From Ignavibacteriales bacterium (lineage in GTDB: Bacteria; Bacteroidota; Ignavibacteria; UBA10030; UBA6906), in the NCBI GenBank assembly GCA_037441705.1, contig JBBIRR010000029.1, forward strand, positions 1 to 54,865: a DNA stretch of 54,865 nt, written 5' to 3'. The notes beneath the pieces are model-generated. The model was not told where the DNA came from. It saw only the letters and a list, made by a program, of their open reading frames with translations, and ran no database searches. Below are positions 1 through 10,800 of this stretch, piece after piece. Every line of letters begins with the position of its first letter. Position 1 is the first letter of the stretch. Both the position numbers and the translations under genes were made by a program.

Positions 1-2283
1 AAGGAACAGCGCCTTCCGATCTTCGATTCTCAGGTCGGCATCTTTGTTCGAGTTGCTGAGGCTGACTGAAGCCTCGATCCGCTGGAATTTTGTGAGCGGA
101 TAGCTCAGAGCAAAGTATCCGCCGAAGACACGCTCGTAGAAAAACTCGTCGCGGTCGGTGAGATCATATCGCCTCCCCGTGAAGCGGTAGATGCCGTACG
201 CGTAGCTCGTCCGCTGGGCGAGAGAGATGCGCGAGACGGCGACGTTGAAACTGGACAGCAGCTCGTCCTGTGTTTGCGCGGTGTTGTAGAGCAGGAAGTA
301 GTACTGATCGTTGCCCAGAAGGTCGCTGAGCGCTATTGCCGCACCGCCCGATGTACCGAAGACCGGATCGGTCGAGATGGCGCTTTGCGCGATGTCCAGA
401 CTGTACTCGCCCTCGTATTTGTAGCGCTTGATTTCTGTGGAGCCGGCAAGTGATTTGGCCTCCCACGGCTTCTCTCTGTTGTACACGTCAATCAGGGCAA
501 TGGTCGTGGAGGTATCGGCGACAAAGCGCGCATTTTCAATCACTCGAATCTGGAAGCTGAAGCGCTCGAAGGCCGTGAAGACGATATCGCCGTCCGACGT
601 CCACGCGGGGTCGAACGCCGCCGTGACGAAGTGCGTTACCTTCCGCATGGTGCGAGGGGCGCCGTTCATCGGTTGCGTCATGTCCATCATCCACACGTTC
701 TGTGTGCCGCCACGATCGCATGTAAAGGCGAGCCGCTTGCCGTCCTTCGACCATGCCGGCGATGTGAAGTTATCATCGCCGTACGTCAGGTAGTCCATCG
801 CACCACTGGAGACGTCGTACAGGAACAGATTGTACTTGCCCCGCATGCCGGTCGCTGATCTATCCGAGATGAAGGCAATAGTTTTGCCGTCGGGCGACCA
901 TGCCGGGTCGCGGTCGTCGTAGTAGTCGTTCGTCAGTTTGGTGAGGTCTCGTGTCGCGGTGTTCAGGATGTACAGGTCGTTGTTGCCGGATTTGTCGATA
1001 GCCGAAAAGACCACGCGTTCTCCATCAGGTGCCCACGATGCCGAGCCGATACTCACCAGGTGCTTGAACCGGAACGATTCGACAAGCTCGCGCTTGTTCA
1101 CATCGAACACATGCAGCGCATCGTTCTCGCCGCTCTTGGTAACGAATGCTAACAGGCCAGCCTTCGAGACATCAATCTTGCCACGCAGCAGATGGAACGC
1201 CTCGAACTCATCCGTCTTCTCGCCTTCAATGATGTTCTCTGCCGGCTCCTGTGCATAGGTTTCATCGGAATACTCTCCACCCTCGCCCGATGAGGAAGGC
1301 TTCAACGCCTTGCGATAGATGCCCGAGTACCCCGTTTTGTTGCCGATGAAGTAGACGTCTCGGGTCGTGTCATGCTCGAACACCACAGGCTTGGAGTTGA
1401 ACCCATCCAGCACAAGCGGACGCGCCCTGCGACTCGGCGCATCTTCCTTTGCGTAGAGCGGATAGTACTGCTTCTTGAGCGCGTACAGCCACTCCTCATC
1501 GAACTCCCGGTAGTTCTTGCCGATGGTCAGCTTCATCACGTTGCTGAAGGAGCTTTCCTTCCAGAAGTTTTCCATCAGTAGAAGAATTTTCTCTTCCCCG
1601 TACGTCTGAGCAATGTACTGCAGAGCATTCTGACCCTCCTTATACATCAGAAACGAGCCGTAGATCCGATCCATGTCGCTGAGGCCGACGACGATATCGT
1701 TCAGCACGGCGTCGCGCATCACCATGTCCGCCTGCGTGTCCCAATCGGTGGACCAATACTCGGCGAGACCTTCGGTAAACCAGAGCGGCGGCACACGATC
1801 CTGTACCTTGCGGTGGTCGGCCATCACGCGCGCAACTTTGCTGTGCATGAAGACGTGCACCAGCTCGTGGCGAATAACATGACGGAACTGCGCGGTGGAA
1901 CCATCCGACGGAATGACGACTCTTCCTTTCAAAAACTCAAAGAAGCCGCCGACCCCTTCCGGGATGAACCCGCCGGTGGTGTTTGTCTGCTGGAAATGAA
2001 GATGCGAGCTGTAGAAGATCAGCGGAACCCGCTGGTTGAGGGTGTGGTTGAATTTGACTTCGAGATGCTTGTACGCTTCTTCGGCAAAGAATGCTCCTCG
2101 CTCGGCCAGGGCCTGCATCTCAGGGTAATAGTAGATATCGAAGTGCTCGGTCTTGAGAACATGCCACTCAAAGTCCGTGTACTGCACTTTGTTGCGACCA
2201 AAGTAGAAGAACTGCCCATGCGCCTCTATCCCGGAAAGAAGAAGCACAAGGAAAGCAAGAAGACATCGTCGGTGACCGATCAT
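1..2283 (-). CDS. Outer-membrane protein: gluzincin (peptidase MA-like) domain + TolB/PD40 repeats + start of Omp85/BamA-type barrel; 3' end truncated by window edge
   Basis: Not in the ORF track because it runs off the left edge. Manual translation of segments: MIGHRRCLLAFLVLLLSGIEAHGQFFYFGRNKVQY (signal peptide), HELVH, WFTEGLAEY, PAWSPDG-type repeats, then LSDLLGN and aromatic beta-strands. Alternative ATG at 2295. Confidence 0.8.
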   Translation of the reverse strand, partial: MIGHRRCLLAFLVLLLSGIEAHGQFFYFGRNKVQYTDFEWHVLKTEHFDIYYYPEMQALAERGAFFAEEAYKHLEVKFNHTLNQRVPLIFYSSHLHFQQTNTTGGFIPEGVGGFFEFLKGRVVIPSDGSTAQFRHVIRHELVHVFMHSKVARVMADHRKVQDRVPPLWFTEGLAEYWSTDWDTQADMVMRDAVLNDIVVGLSDMDRIYGSFLMYKEGQNALQYIAQTYGEEKILLLMENFWKESSFSNVMKLTIGKNYREFDEEWLYALKKQYYPLYAKEDAPSRRARPLVLDGFNSKPVVFEHDTTRDVYFIGNKTGYSGIYRKALKPSSSGEGGEYSDETYAQEPAENIIEGEKTDEFEAFHLLRGKIDVSKAGLLAFVTKSGENDALHVFDVNKRELVESFRFKHLVSIGSASWAPDGERVVFSAIDKSGNNDLYILNTATRDLTKLTNDYYDDRDPAWSPDGKTIAFISDRSATGMRGKYNLFLYDVSSGAMDYLTYGDDNFTSPAWSKDGKRLAFTCDRGGTQNVWMMDMTQPMNGAPRTMRKVTHFVTAAFDPAWTSDGDIVFTAFERFSFQIRVIENARFVADTSTTIALIDVYNREKPWEAKSLAGSTEIKRYKYEGEYSLDIAQSAISTDPVFGTSGGAAIALSDLLGNDQYYFLLYNTAQTQDELLSSFNVAVSRISLAQRTSYAYGIYRFTGRRYDLTDRDEFFYERVFGGYFALSYPLTKFQRIEASVSLSNSNKDADLRIEDRKALFL

Positions 2284-2404
2284 CGCAAGGCCCATCAATC
2301 ACACTTCACATGGTAGGCAAAGACCTGGCTGTTCTCGTCTGCTGCTGGTGGATGGTGATCTGTTAGATGATAGCCAGAACAGAGGAGAGTTGCAAGGCTT
2401 CAGA

Positions 2405-2843
2405 TGTCAATTGGTCGGGGCGCAGCCCGACAACAGAACCCGACGATGAGCGCGGAAGATACTTGTGGTCAGGTAATTGAACCCTTTCAGGGTTCGCATG
2501 AGTACGTGTTTCTTGTCCGAGGATCGCGCCCTCGGTTATTCGTGTCTATCCCCTTCGGGGATCTGGGTAGTGTTGCACGGAAAAAGATTCCTCTGAAGGT
2601 GAGTTATTTGTCGAGGCAGCCTTCGCATGAGTACGTGTTTCTTGTCCGAGGATCGCGCCCTCGGTTATTCGTGTCTATCCACTTCGGGGATATCGACTGG
2701 GTTGGACAAACAAGAATCCGCTGAAGATGAGTTTTCTATGGAGGCAGGATGCTCTTGACGCCGCAGGCGTCCAATATCAATAGGTCGGCGCGAAGCGCCG
2801 ACAACAGAATCCAACGATGAGCGCGAACCCCGAAGGGGTTCAA
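2405..2843. repeat. Cluster of REP-like multi-hairpin elements (direct and inverted copies)
   Basis: 70-bp direct repeat 2493-2562 / 2622-2691 (69/70 identical); related segments 2405-2454 / 2775-2824; hairpins GAACCC-TTTCA-GGGTTC, CCGAGG...CCTCGG, ATCCCC-TTC-GGGGAT, GACGCC-GCA-GGCGTC, GTCGGCGC-GAA-GCGCCGAC, GAACCCC-GAA-GGGGTTC. Confidence 0.75.
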
Positions 2844-3029
2844 CTGAAGGCATTTGATGTTCTCGATTGTTTGTTGAGACAAAGAAGATGATACTGGCGA
2901 GGTGAGAACACCGACCCCGAAGGTTTGCGTAGTCGCGCATCCGAGCGTGCATGGGCGTTGATTTGGTATTCGGTTGCTTGTTTCCTTCCCATGTCGGATA
3001 TTGTCGCTCACAGAGGAAAGGAAAACCCG

Positions 3030-3458
3030 ATGGCCGAACTCAAGACCACGCCTACCACCCGAAGCGTCAATCGGTTCTTGAACGCGATTGCCGACGAGCC
3101 GACACGTAACGACTGCTTCACTCTTGTCACGCTCATGAAGAAGATTACCAAAGCCGAGCCGAGGATGTGGGGGACAAGCGTTGTCGGATTCGGCACGTAT
3201 CATTATGTGTATGAAAGCGGCCGCGAGGGCGATTGGTTCCTCACCGGTTTCTCGCCGCGAAAGCAGTTCCTCACCATCTACCTCATGGCAGGTGCCGACT
3301 CGAGGACGGATTTGCTCAAGAAACTCGGCAAGCACAAAACGGGCGGGGCCTGTCTTTACATCAAACGCCTGGATGACATCCACCTGCCGACGCTAAGGAA
3401 GTTGATTCAAGAATCAGTTACACGGATGAAGAGAAAATGGAAATCGCATGCGGCGTAG
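3030..3458 (+). CDS. DUF1801 (YdhG-like) domain protein
   Basis: MAELKTTPT start after purine-rich RBS; PRMWGTSVVGFGTYHYVYESGREGDWFLTGFSPRK and LGKHKTGGACLYIKRLDD are typical of DUF1801. Confidence 0.85.
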   Translation: MAELKTTPTTRSVNRFLNAIADEPTRNDCFTLVTLMKKITKAEPRMWGTSVVGFGTYHYVYESGREGDWFLTGFSPRKQFLTIYLMAGADSRTDLLKKLGKHKTGGACLYIKRLDDIHLPTLRKLIQESVTRMKRKWKSHAA

Positions 3459-3480
3459 CTTGAATGGGCGAGCTTTCTTC

Positions 3481-3514
3481 ATCCCGCTCTTCTTTGCAGA
3501 GGAAGCGGGATTTT
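3481..3514 (+). terminator. Probable intrinsic terminator
   Basis: ATCCCGCT...AGCGGGAT stem followed by a short T run, 23 bp after the DUF1801 stop. Confidence 0.5.
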
Positions 3515-3701
3515 CGTATCAAGAGCAGTGATATAGTATTTCGGAGGAAGAGCAGAGGAAGCACCATCAGAAGATGGACTCGAATCTCTCCGGCACGTAA
3601 CGCATGCAGTCGGGCGATGAAACCCTTCGCGCACACGTACGTATTGACCGCACGAATTCCCGTTTTCGCTTGACGGTCTCGATGCAGCTTCCTGCGCAGC
3701 A

Positions 3702-4919
3702 ATGGTCATGCAACAATCGAATGAGCACCGTGTGAGTGTCACAGCATACATCACCTGGATTACTATCGTCCTCGTCATCCTCGGCATCGGCTACGCCTAC
3801 GTCGGGTGGAGAGTGATTGCACCCGCCAGGCTGGATACACCGTGGAAACTCTTCTCCTGGCTCGCGCTCAGCGTGATGTTTCTCGTGCAGCTCAGCTCGA
3901 TGCTGTTCCTGCGTTACGACGAACGGGTAAGCGACACGCTCGCATGGGCGGCGTTTGTGAGTCTGGGCTTTCTTTCCTTCCTGCTCACGTTGTTGCTTGC
4001 GCGCGATATTCTCTGGTTGGGTGCCTGGTGTGTCGGGAAGGTTGTCGCTCTCTTCCAGCCTTCGACGCCTCTCGACCCTTCTCGCCGGGAGTTCCTCACG
4101 CAGGTCACAAACCTCAGCGTGTTAGGGATTGCGGGAGCCTTCACCGCATACGGCATCTATGAAGCGCGCAGAAGGCCGGGCATTGTGAACCTGACCATTC
4201 CCCTGCAGAACCTTCCGCGTGATTTTGAAGGATTCAAGATCGTTCAGATCAGCGATATTCATGCCGGCTTAACGGTGAAAAGAGATTGGATCGAAACGAT
4301 TGTGCGGGAGGTGCAGCACCTGAAGCCTGACCTGATTGCCTTCACCGGCGATCTCGCCGACGGATCGGTTCCGCATCTGCGCGAAGATGTTGCGCCGTTG
4401 GGCGAGCTGCAGGCGCCGCACGGAAAGTTCTTCGTGACAGGCAATCATGAATACTACTCAGGCGTTCTCCCGTGGGTGGAGGAAATCCGACGGCTGGGCT
4501 ACGACGTCCTGATCAATGAGCACCGACGCATTGATCGCAACGGCTCATCCATCGTGCTTGCAGGCGTCACCGACTACACAGGCGGGCAATTCCTCCCGCG
4601 CCACGCGTCGAGCCCTGCTGCGGCAATTGAGAATGCACCGAAGGGTACGGTACGGATCCTGCTTGCGCATCAGCCGCGCACGCTGTACGACGCACACGCA
4701 TTGGGATTCGATCTGATTCTGACGGGACACACACACGGCGGACAGTTCTTTCCGTGGAATCTTGTTGCCACCATCGGTCAGCCCTTCATCAAAGGCCTGC
4801 ACAACGTCAACGGAACGTGGGTGTATGTCAGCAAGGGCACGGGCTATTGGGGTCCGCCCGTCCGTCTTGGTGCGCGCTCGGAGATCACCGTCTTTACTCT
4901 TGCGCGAGCTTCGGCATGA
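3702..4919 (+). CDS. Membrane-anchored calcineurin-like metallophosphoesterase (YkuE/YaeI-like)
   Basis: N-terminal TM helices; motifs SDIH, GDLAD, GNHE, LAHQP, GHTHGGQ; start uncertain. Confidence 0.9.
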   Translation: MVMQQSNEHRVSVTAYITWITIVLVILGIGYAYVGWRVIAPARLDTPWKLFSWLALSVMFLVQLSSMLFLRYDERVSDTLAWAAFVSLGFLSFLLTLLLARDILWLGAWCVGKVVALFQPSTPLDPSRREFLTQVTNLSVLGIAGAFTAYGIYEARRRPGIVNLTIPLQNLPRDFEGFKIVQISDIHAGLTVKRDWIETIVREVQHLKPDLIAFTGDLADGSVPHLREDVAPLGELQAPHGKFFVTGNHEYYSGVLPWVEEIRRLGYDVLINEHRRIDRNGSSIVLAGVTDYTGGQFLPRHASSPAAAIENAPKGTVRILLAHQPRTLYDAHALGFDLILTGHTHGGQFFPWNLVATIGQPFIKGLHNVNGTWVYVSKGTGYWGPPVRLGARSEITVFTLARASA

Positions 4920-5056
4920 TTCTGTCGTCCTCGCCTGTCGAAAGCGGCACAGGCTGTTCGACTACAAGATGAGAATCGTTGAAAATGGTAGTTGAGATTG
5001 AGTCGGAAGATCGATAGGTTGATTGCATCGTGTTCTTTAAATTCATCACATCCCCT

Positions 5057-6649
5057 ATGTCCAGAACAAGTGCGTTCCTCGTTGCAGCTTTCCTTTCTCT
5101 TGTCTTCTTTCAGACGACGTTCACACAAACCTCACCGAGCAGCTCCGCTCCGTTCAATCCGGACAGCGCGCTGCAGATTATTTTAGAGAACCTCGAAGGC
5201 ACACCGCTCTCGTTGCAGCACGCGGTGGAATCCGCTCTGCAGAATGCAACCTCGGTGCGGAGCGCAGAAGCGTCCTATCGTGCGGCGCAAGGCGCCTCAC
5301 GACGCGAAGCCGGCGTGTTCGATCCCGAATTGTTCTTCAGGCTGAACTATGCGGATCAGGAAACGCCCACGGCGTCGTTTTTCGCCGGCGCTCCGACGCT
5401 CGCAACAAAACAAACCGATGCAGCAGGCGGTCTTCGTATCCTGCTTCCTATCGGCACGAAACTCGAAGCTTCGTTGAGTACCGTTCGGCTCGAAACCAAT
5501 TCCGCCTTCGCGTTTCTCAATCCTCAGTACACCGCCTTCGGGAGTTTGAGTTTGCGTCAGCCGTTGTTGGGAGGATTTCACATCTCGGCTCGCAAACAGG
5601 CATCGAAAGCCGACAGCGAATTGGAAGCAGCAAAAGCACGCTACGATCAGGAAGTGCTTGCCGTGCGCGCCGAGGTGGAGCAGAAGTACTGGGACCTCTA
5701 CGCAGCCGAGCGTGACTATGCCGTGCAGAAGCTGACGCGCGATCGCGCGGAGGCGTTCCTCGGCGAAACCGAACTTCGTGCACGCACCGGACTGATCGGC
5801 CCGAACCAGGTGGCGAATGCACGAACGTTTCTTGCCGAACAAGAAATTCTGTTGCTCGATCGCGAAGAGCAACTCGACAGACTGTCCGATCAACTCGCAT
5901 CGCTGATCGGGTTGAGGCCGCAACAGGGTCGGGCGCGCTTTGTTACCACCGACAATCCGCCGGCTGAATTTCCGGCGGACGACGTGGACGCGTTAGTGCA
6001 GCGTGCCGTTGCGCGCAATCTCACACTTCAGGCTGCCCGAGCCGATGTTGAAGCTCGTCGTGCGCTTTCTCGTGCCGCTTTCTGGGAAGCGTTGCCGCGG
6101 CTGGACGTGGTGGGAACCTTAGGAGGCAGCGGATTATCCGGAACGGCACGCGACGTCATCTTTGGTTCGGACACGCTGCGCACAACGCGCGGAGGCACGT
6201 TCGGCGATGCGCTGAACCAGGCATGGAAGCGCGCATTCCCTACCTGGAGTGTGGGCCTCGAACTCACTGTGCCCATCGGCTTGCGCGGCGGACTTGGCGA
6301 ACAGGAGCGTTTGGAAGCCGATGTGGTGCTTGCCGAGCAGAGCCTTGTACAACAGGAACGCTTGCTCGAAGAAGAAATCCGCGCCGGCTACCGCGAGCTG
6401 ATGAACAGCGGTAAACGGCTTGCCGCCGCGCGCAACGGTGTGCAGGCGGCGCAGGAGCAAGTCCGCATCGGCCTCATCGAGTTTCAGAACGGCAGAACGA
6501 CGGCGTTCGAGCTTGTCCGACTCGGTGCAGACTTTGCCGTCGCCCAGCAGCGATACTCGCAGGCGTTGGTGCGCAGCGCCAAGGCAGCCGCTCAATTGCG
6601 GCAGTTGACCTCGGGAGCGTACCCCGCATCGAGCACCGACCAGCAGTGA
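5057..6649 (+). CDS. TolC-family outer-membrane efflux protein
   Basis: Signal peptide, LSLQHAVESALQN, two OEP-type repeats (FDPELFF / ALPRLDV), first gene of a tripartite pump; alternative start 5030. Confidence 0.85.
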   Translation: MSRTSAFLVAAFLSLVFFQTTFTQTSPSSSAPFNPDSALQIILENLEGTPLSLQHAVESALQNATSVRSAEASYRAAQGASRREAGVFDPELFFRLNYADQETPTASFFAGAPTLATKQTDAAGGLRILLPIGTKLEASLSTVRLETNSAFAFLNPQYTAFGSLSLRQPLLGGFHISARKQASKADSELEAAKARYDQEVLAVRAEVEQKYWDLYAAERDYAVQKLTRDRAEAFLGETELRARTGLIGPNQVANARTFLAEQEILLLDREEQLDRLSDQLASLIGLRPQQGRARFVTTDNPPAEFPADDVDALVQRAVARNLTLQAARADVEARRALSRAAFWEALPRLDVVGTLGGSGLSGTARDVIFGSDTLRTTRGGTFGDALNQAWKRAFPTWSVGLELTVPIGLRGGLGEQERLEADVVLAEQSLVQQERLLEEEIRAGYRELMNSGKRLAAARNGVQAAQEQVRIGLIEFQNGRTTAFELVRLGADFAVAQQRYSQALVRSAKAAAQLRQLTSGAYPASSTDQQ

Positions 6650-6709
6650 CAGCATGAGGCGATCATCTCCCAACGCTATTGCCGGAACGAAAGAAAAGGG
6701 CATACACAT

Positions 6710-7801
6710 ATGAAAGGATTAAATGTTCTTATGATGAAAACGATTGTTCTTGTCGCTGCTTGCCTTCAATTGTTTGCGGGTTGTGGAGATGGCAACAAGA
6801 AGGGAGGGTTTGCCTTCCCGCCAATGCCGGTCGAGGTCAGCCCCGTGGTCGTCCAAAAAGTGACCGATCGCTTCGAAGCTGTCGGAACGATCGAGGCGAT
6901 CGAAGCGATCACGGTTGTTGCGGAAATTGATGCGATCGTGAAGACGATTCCGTTTGCCGAAGGAGGGTTCATCCGGCGCGGCGGCCTCATCGCACAGCTC
7001 GATGATGTTCAGCTTGCCGCCGAAGTGGCGCGGGCAGAAGCGTTGCGCGAACAGAGCAGAGTGACGTTCGAGCGAGTGAAGTCCGTGGTAGATCAGGGAG
7101 CGGGGGCGCCGCAGGACCTGGACGATGCAGCAGCAGCGTTGAAGGTTGCCGAGGCGAACCTTGCGCTTGCGCGGGCACGTTGGACGAAAACACAAATCGT
7201 CGCCCCGTTCGACGGCATCATCGGCGCCCGGCGCGTGAGTGTTGGGGCATTCCTCCGTGCGGGCCAGCCCATTACCGATCTGGCAAACATTGATGCCATT
7301 CGCGTCATCTTTGCGGCGCCGGAACGATTCCTGCCGCAGCTTCAGCAGGGCGCAGCAGTTACGGTATCGTCGCCGGCCTTCCCGGGTCTGTCGCTGCGCG
7401 GCACCATCATCGCCATCGAGCCGATTCTTGATGCCCTGACGCGCAGTGCGCGCGTGGTTGCCCGAGTGCAAAATGTCGGGCGCAAGTTCCGTCCCGGAAT
7501 GTCGGCAAACATCTCGGCAGTTCTGAGCGAACGTCCCAGAGCACTGACCATTCCCAACGAAGCCGTGTTCGGAAGCGGCAATCAGCTTTTTGTTTTTGTG
7601 GTGAAAGAGGACAGCACGGTGGTGCAGACACCGGTCGTGCTGGGACTTCGTCTGCCTGACGTGGTTGAGGTGATTGATGGATTGAAAGAAGGTATGACCG
7701 TCGTTCGTGCAGGCCATCAAAAGTTGTTTGACGGGGGTAAGGTGATGCCGATGCCGCATCAGGCAAGCACGAGTGCAGCAGAACAGAACGTAGGAGGATA
7801 A
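6710..7801 (+). CDS. RND efflux periplasmic adaptor (MFP), lipoprotein
   Basis: Lipobox LFAGC; IVAPFDGIIG lipoyl-like motif; FRPGMSA; between the TolC and RND genes. Confidence 0.92.
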   Translation: MKGLNVLMMKTIVLVAACLQLFAGCGDGNKKGGFAFPPMPVEVSPVVVQKVTDRFEAVGTIEAIEAITVVAEIDAIVKTIPFAEGGFIRRGGLIAQLDDVQLAAEVARAEALREQSRVTFERVKSVVDQGAGAPQDLDDAAAALKVAEANLALARARWTKTQIVAPFDGIIGARRVSVGAFLRAGQPITDLANIDAIRVIFAAPERFLPQLQQGAAVTVSSPAFPGLSLRGTIIAIEPILDALTRSARVVARVQNVGRKFRPGMSANISAVLSERPRALTIPNEAVFGSGNQLFVFVVKEDSTVVQTPVVLGLRLPDVVEVIDGLKEGMTVVRAGHQKLFDGGKVMPMPHQASTSAAEQNVGG

Positions 7802-7804
7802 GCC

Positions 7805-10800
7805 ATGAAGTTGAGCGTCACGTCCATACAACGCCCGGTCTTTGCGAGCGTCATGAGCTTTACGATTTTGCTGTTCGGGATTATTGCGTTTACTCGCTTG
7901 CCGGTGCGCGAGTATCCCGATATTGATCCGCCGATTGTCTCGGTGGTGACCACCTATCGCGGCGCGAGTCCGAACGTGGTGGAGACCGAAATCACCAACG
8001 TGTTGGAGGAACAGTTTGCGACGCTCGAAGGCGTCAAGACGATGACCTCTTCCAGTCGCGAGCAAGGATCGGTGATCACCATCGAATTCGAATTAAGTCG
8101 AAACATTGACGAAGCCACCAACGACGTGCGAGACCGCGTTGCTCGCATCCGCAGTCGGCTGCCGCGCGAGATTGATGACCCGGTTATCTCGAAGGTGGAC
8201 GCCAATGCGCAGGCAATCATGTGGCTCGCGCTTTCGAGCGATCGCCACAGCGGCCTGGAACTGACCGATGTTGCCGATCGCATCCTGAAAGAACGCATCC
8301 AGCGTCTGACGGGCGTCGGTTCGGTCATCATCGGCGGCGAGCGGCGCTACGCCATGCGCATCTGGCTCGATCCCCTCCGCATGGCAGCCTACGGACTGAC
8401 CACGCAGGACGTGGAAACCGCTATCCGCCGTGAGAATGCCGAGATTCCTGCAGGCAGAGTCGAAGGGGCCGAGCGTGAGTTTTCCGTCCGCACGCGCGGC
8501 GAACTGAGCACGCCCGAAGAATTCGGCGCCATCATCGTCTCGCAGCAGGGCGATCGGACGGTGCGCTTGCGGGACATCGCCGAGGTGAACGTCGGCGCGG
8601 CGGACGAACGAACCACTGCGCGCTACAACGGGCAAACGGCCGTCGGTTTGGGGATCGTCAAACAGTCCAAAGCCAGTACGGTGGATGTCGCTGCCGAAGT
8701 GCGGAACGTTCTGGACGACCTCCGGTCGCTCCTTCCGCCGGGCATGAAACTCCAAATCGCGTACGACTCCTCCGTCTTCATCAACGACTCGATTGCCGAA
8801 GTTCAGGAGACGCTTATCATCGCGATGTGTCTTGTCGTGTTAGTCGTGCTGGCATTCCTCAAAAGCTTTCGTGCGACGACGATCCCGACGGTTGCCATTC
8901 CCATTTCCATCGTCGGGGCGTTTGCCGTTGCGTACTTCGCAGGGTTCACCATCAACATTCTGACGCTGTTAGCGTTAGTGCTTGCTATCGGCATGGTGGT
9001 GGATGATGCCATCGTCGTGCTCGAAAACATCTACCGCCACATGGAGATGGGGAAGAGTCGTTTGCAGGCGGCTGTTGACGGCAGCAAAGAGATCGGGTTC
9101 GCCGTGGTGGCAACCACGATCACGTTGGTCGCCGTCTTCGTGCCGCTGGCATTCCTTACCGGTTCGGTCGGCAGACTCTTCAACGAGTTCGGTGTTACGC
9201 TCGCCGTAGCAATTCTGATCTCCGGCTTTGTGGCCTTGACGCTGACGCCGATGCTCTCGTCAAAGATTCTCAAGCCGCTGCATCACGTGAGCGACAGCTG
9301 GGCATCGCGATCATTCGATACATTCTTTGAGATGCTCGATCGTGTCTATCATCGCATTCTCACCGGCGCATTGAAACGCACGGCATGGGTGCTCGGTGCG
9401 GCGGCGATTGTTGTGGTGATCAGCGTTGTCCTGTTCCGTCTTCTGCCCAGCGAACTTGCGCCGATTGAGGATCGAAGTATCGGATTCGGAATCGTCATTG
9501 CGCCCGAAGGTGCTACGCTGCAGTACACGGATCGCTACATGCAGGAGATCGAGCGGCGCTTGCTTGCGCTGCCCGAACGCGCCGGACTGTTTACCGCCGT
9601 GGGGCTCGGCTTCGGCGGCCCGGGTCGGGTGACCAACGGCGTTCTCTTTCTGCGCCTGAAGCCGAGGGGCGAGCGCGACAAAACGCAACAACAGATTGTG
9701 CAGGAGCTCTTTCCGCAACTTCTTTCGATTCCGGGCGTGCTCGCCTTTGTGATCAACCCGCCGAGCCTCGGCGGCACGTTCAGTTCGAGTCCCGTCGAGT
9801 ACGTCCTCCAAGCCGATAGCTACGAGGAACTGAACAGAGCCATGGGCATCATGATGGGCGAAGCGCAGAAGCTCGGCTACATGATCAATCTCGATACGGA
9901 TCTCCGGCTCAATAAGCCGCAGCTCGACCTGACGGTGGATCGGGAGCGCGCCGCCGGCGTCGGTGCTTCGCTGGCCGATATCGGAACGACGCTGGAAACG
10001 TTCCTCGGCGGGCGTGTGGTGACGAACTTCAAGCGCGGCACGAAGCAGTACGACGTGATTCTGCAGATGAAGCCCGCTGCCCGCTCGACACCCGAAGCGA
10101 TTCGCGACATCTACATTCGTGGCAACCGCGGGCTTGTGCAGCTTGCCAATGTTGTTCGCGTCGAGGAAACGCTTGCCCCCAAGGAATTGAATCACTACAA
10201 CCGCGTACGCGCTGCAAAACTCACCGCGAGCCTCGTGCCCGGCGTCAGCATCGGTAAGGCGTTGGACGATCTCGATCGCATTGCGGCCGAAAAACTGCCC
10301 GCTGGCATCAAGCGCGAGTATGCGGGCCAGTCGCTCGAGTTCAAGACATCCAGCTCGGCACTCTACTTCATGTTTCTGCTTGCCGTAGTGTTCATTTATC
10401 TGGTGCTTGCCGCGCAATTCGAAAGCTGGATCCATCCGCTGACGATCCTGCTGTCGGTGCCGTTGGCGGTCTTCGGGGCGCTGCTGACGCTGTTCATCTT
10501 TCGCGAAACGCTCAACATCTATTCACAGATCGGCCTTATCATGCTTATCGGGCTGGTGACGAAAAACTCGATTCTGATTGTCGAGTTTGCCAACCAGTTG
10601 CGCGAACGCGGTATGCAGATCACCGAGGCCGTCATCGAAGCGGCGGCCATTCGGCTTCGTCCCATTCTCATGACGTCGTTCTCCACCATCTTCGGCATCC
10701 TGCCGATCGCCATCGGTTTGGGTGCCGGCGGTGAAGCGCGCCGTCCGCTGGGCCTCGCGGTGGTGGGCGGGATGCTCTTCTCCACGTTCCTGACATTGGT

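Noticed and set aside
2493-2691. Possible CRISPR array
   Set aside because: Only two 70-bp copies, the intervening sequences are related to each other, and no cas genes are present
2404-2724. 106-aa ORF with duplicated peptide
   Set aside because: Read-through of the hairpin repeat; no RBS or protein-like features
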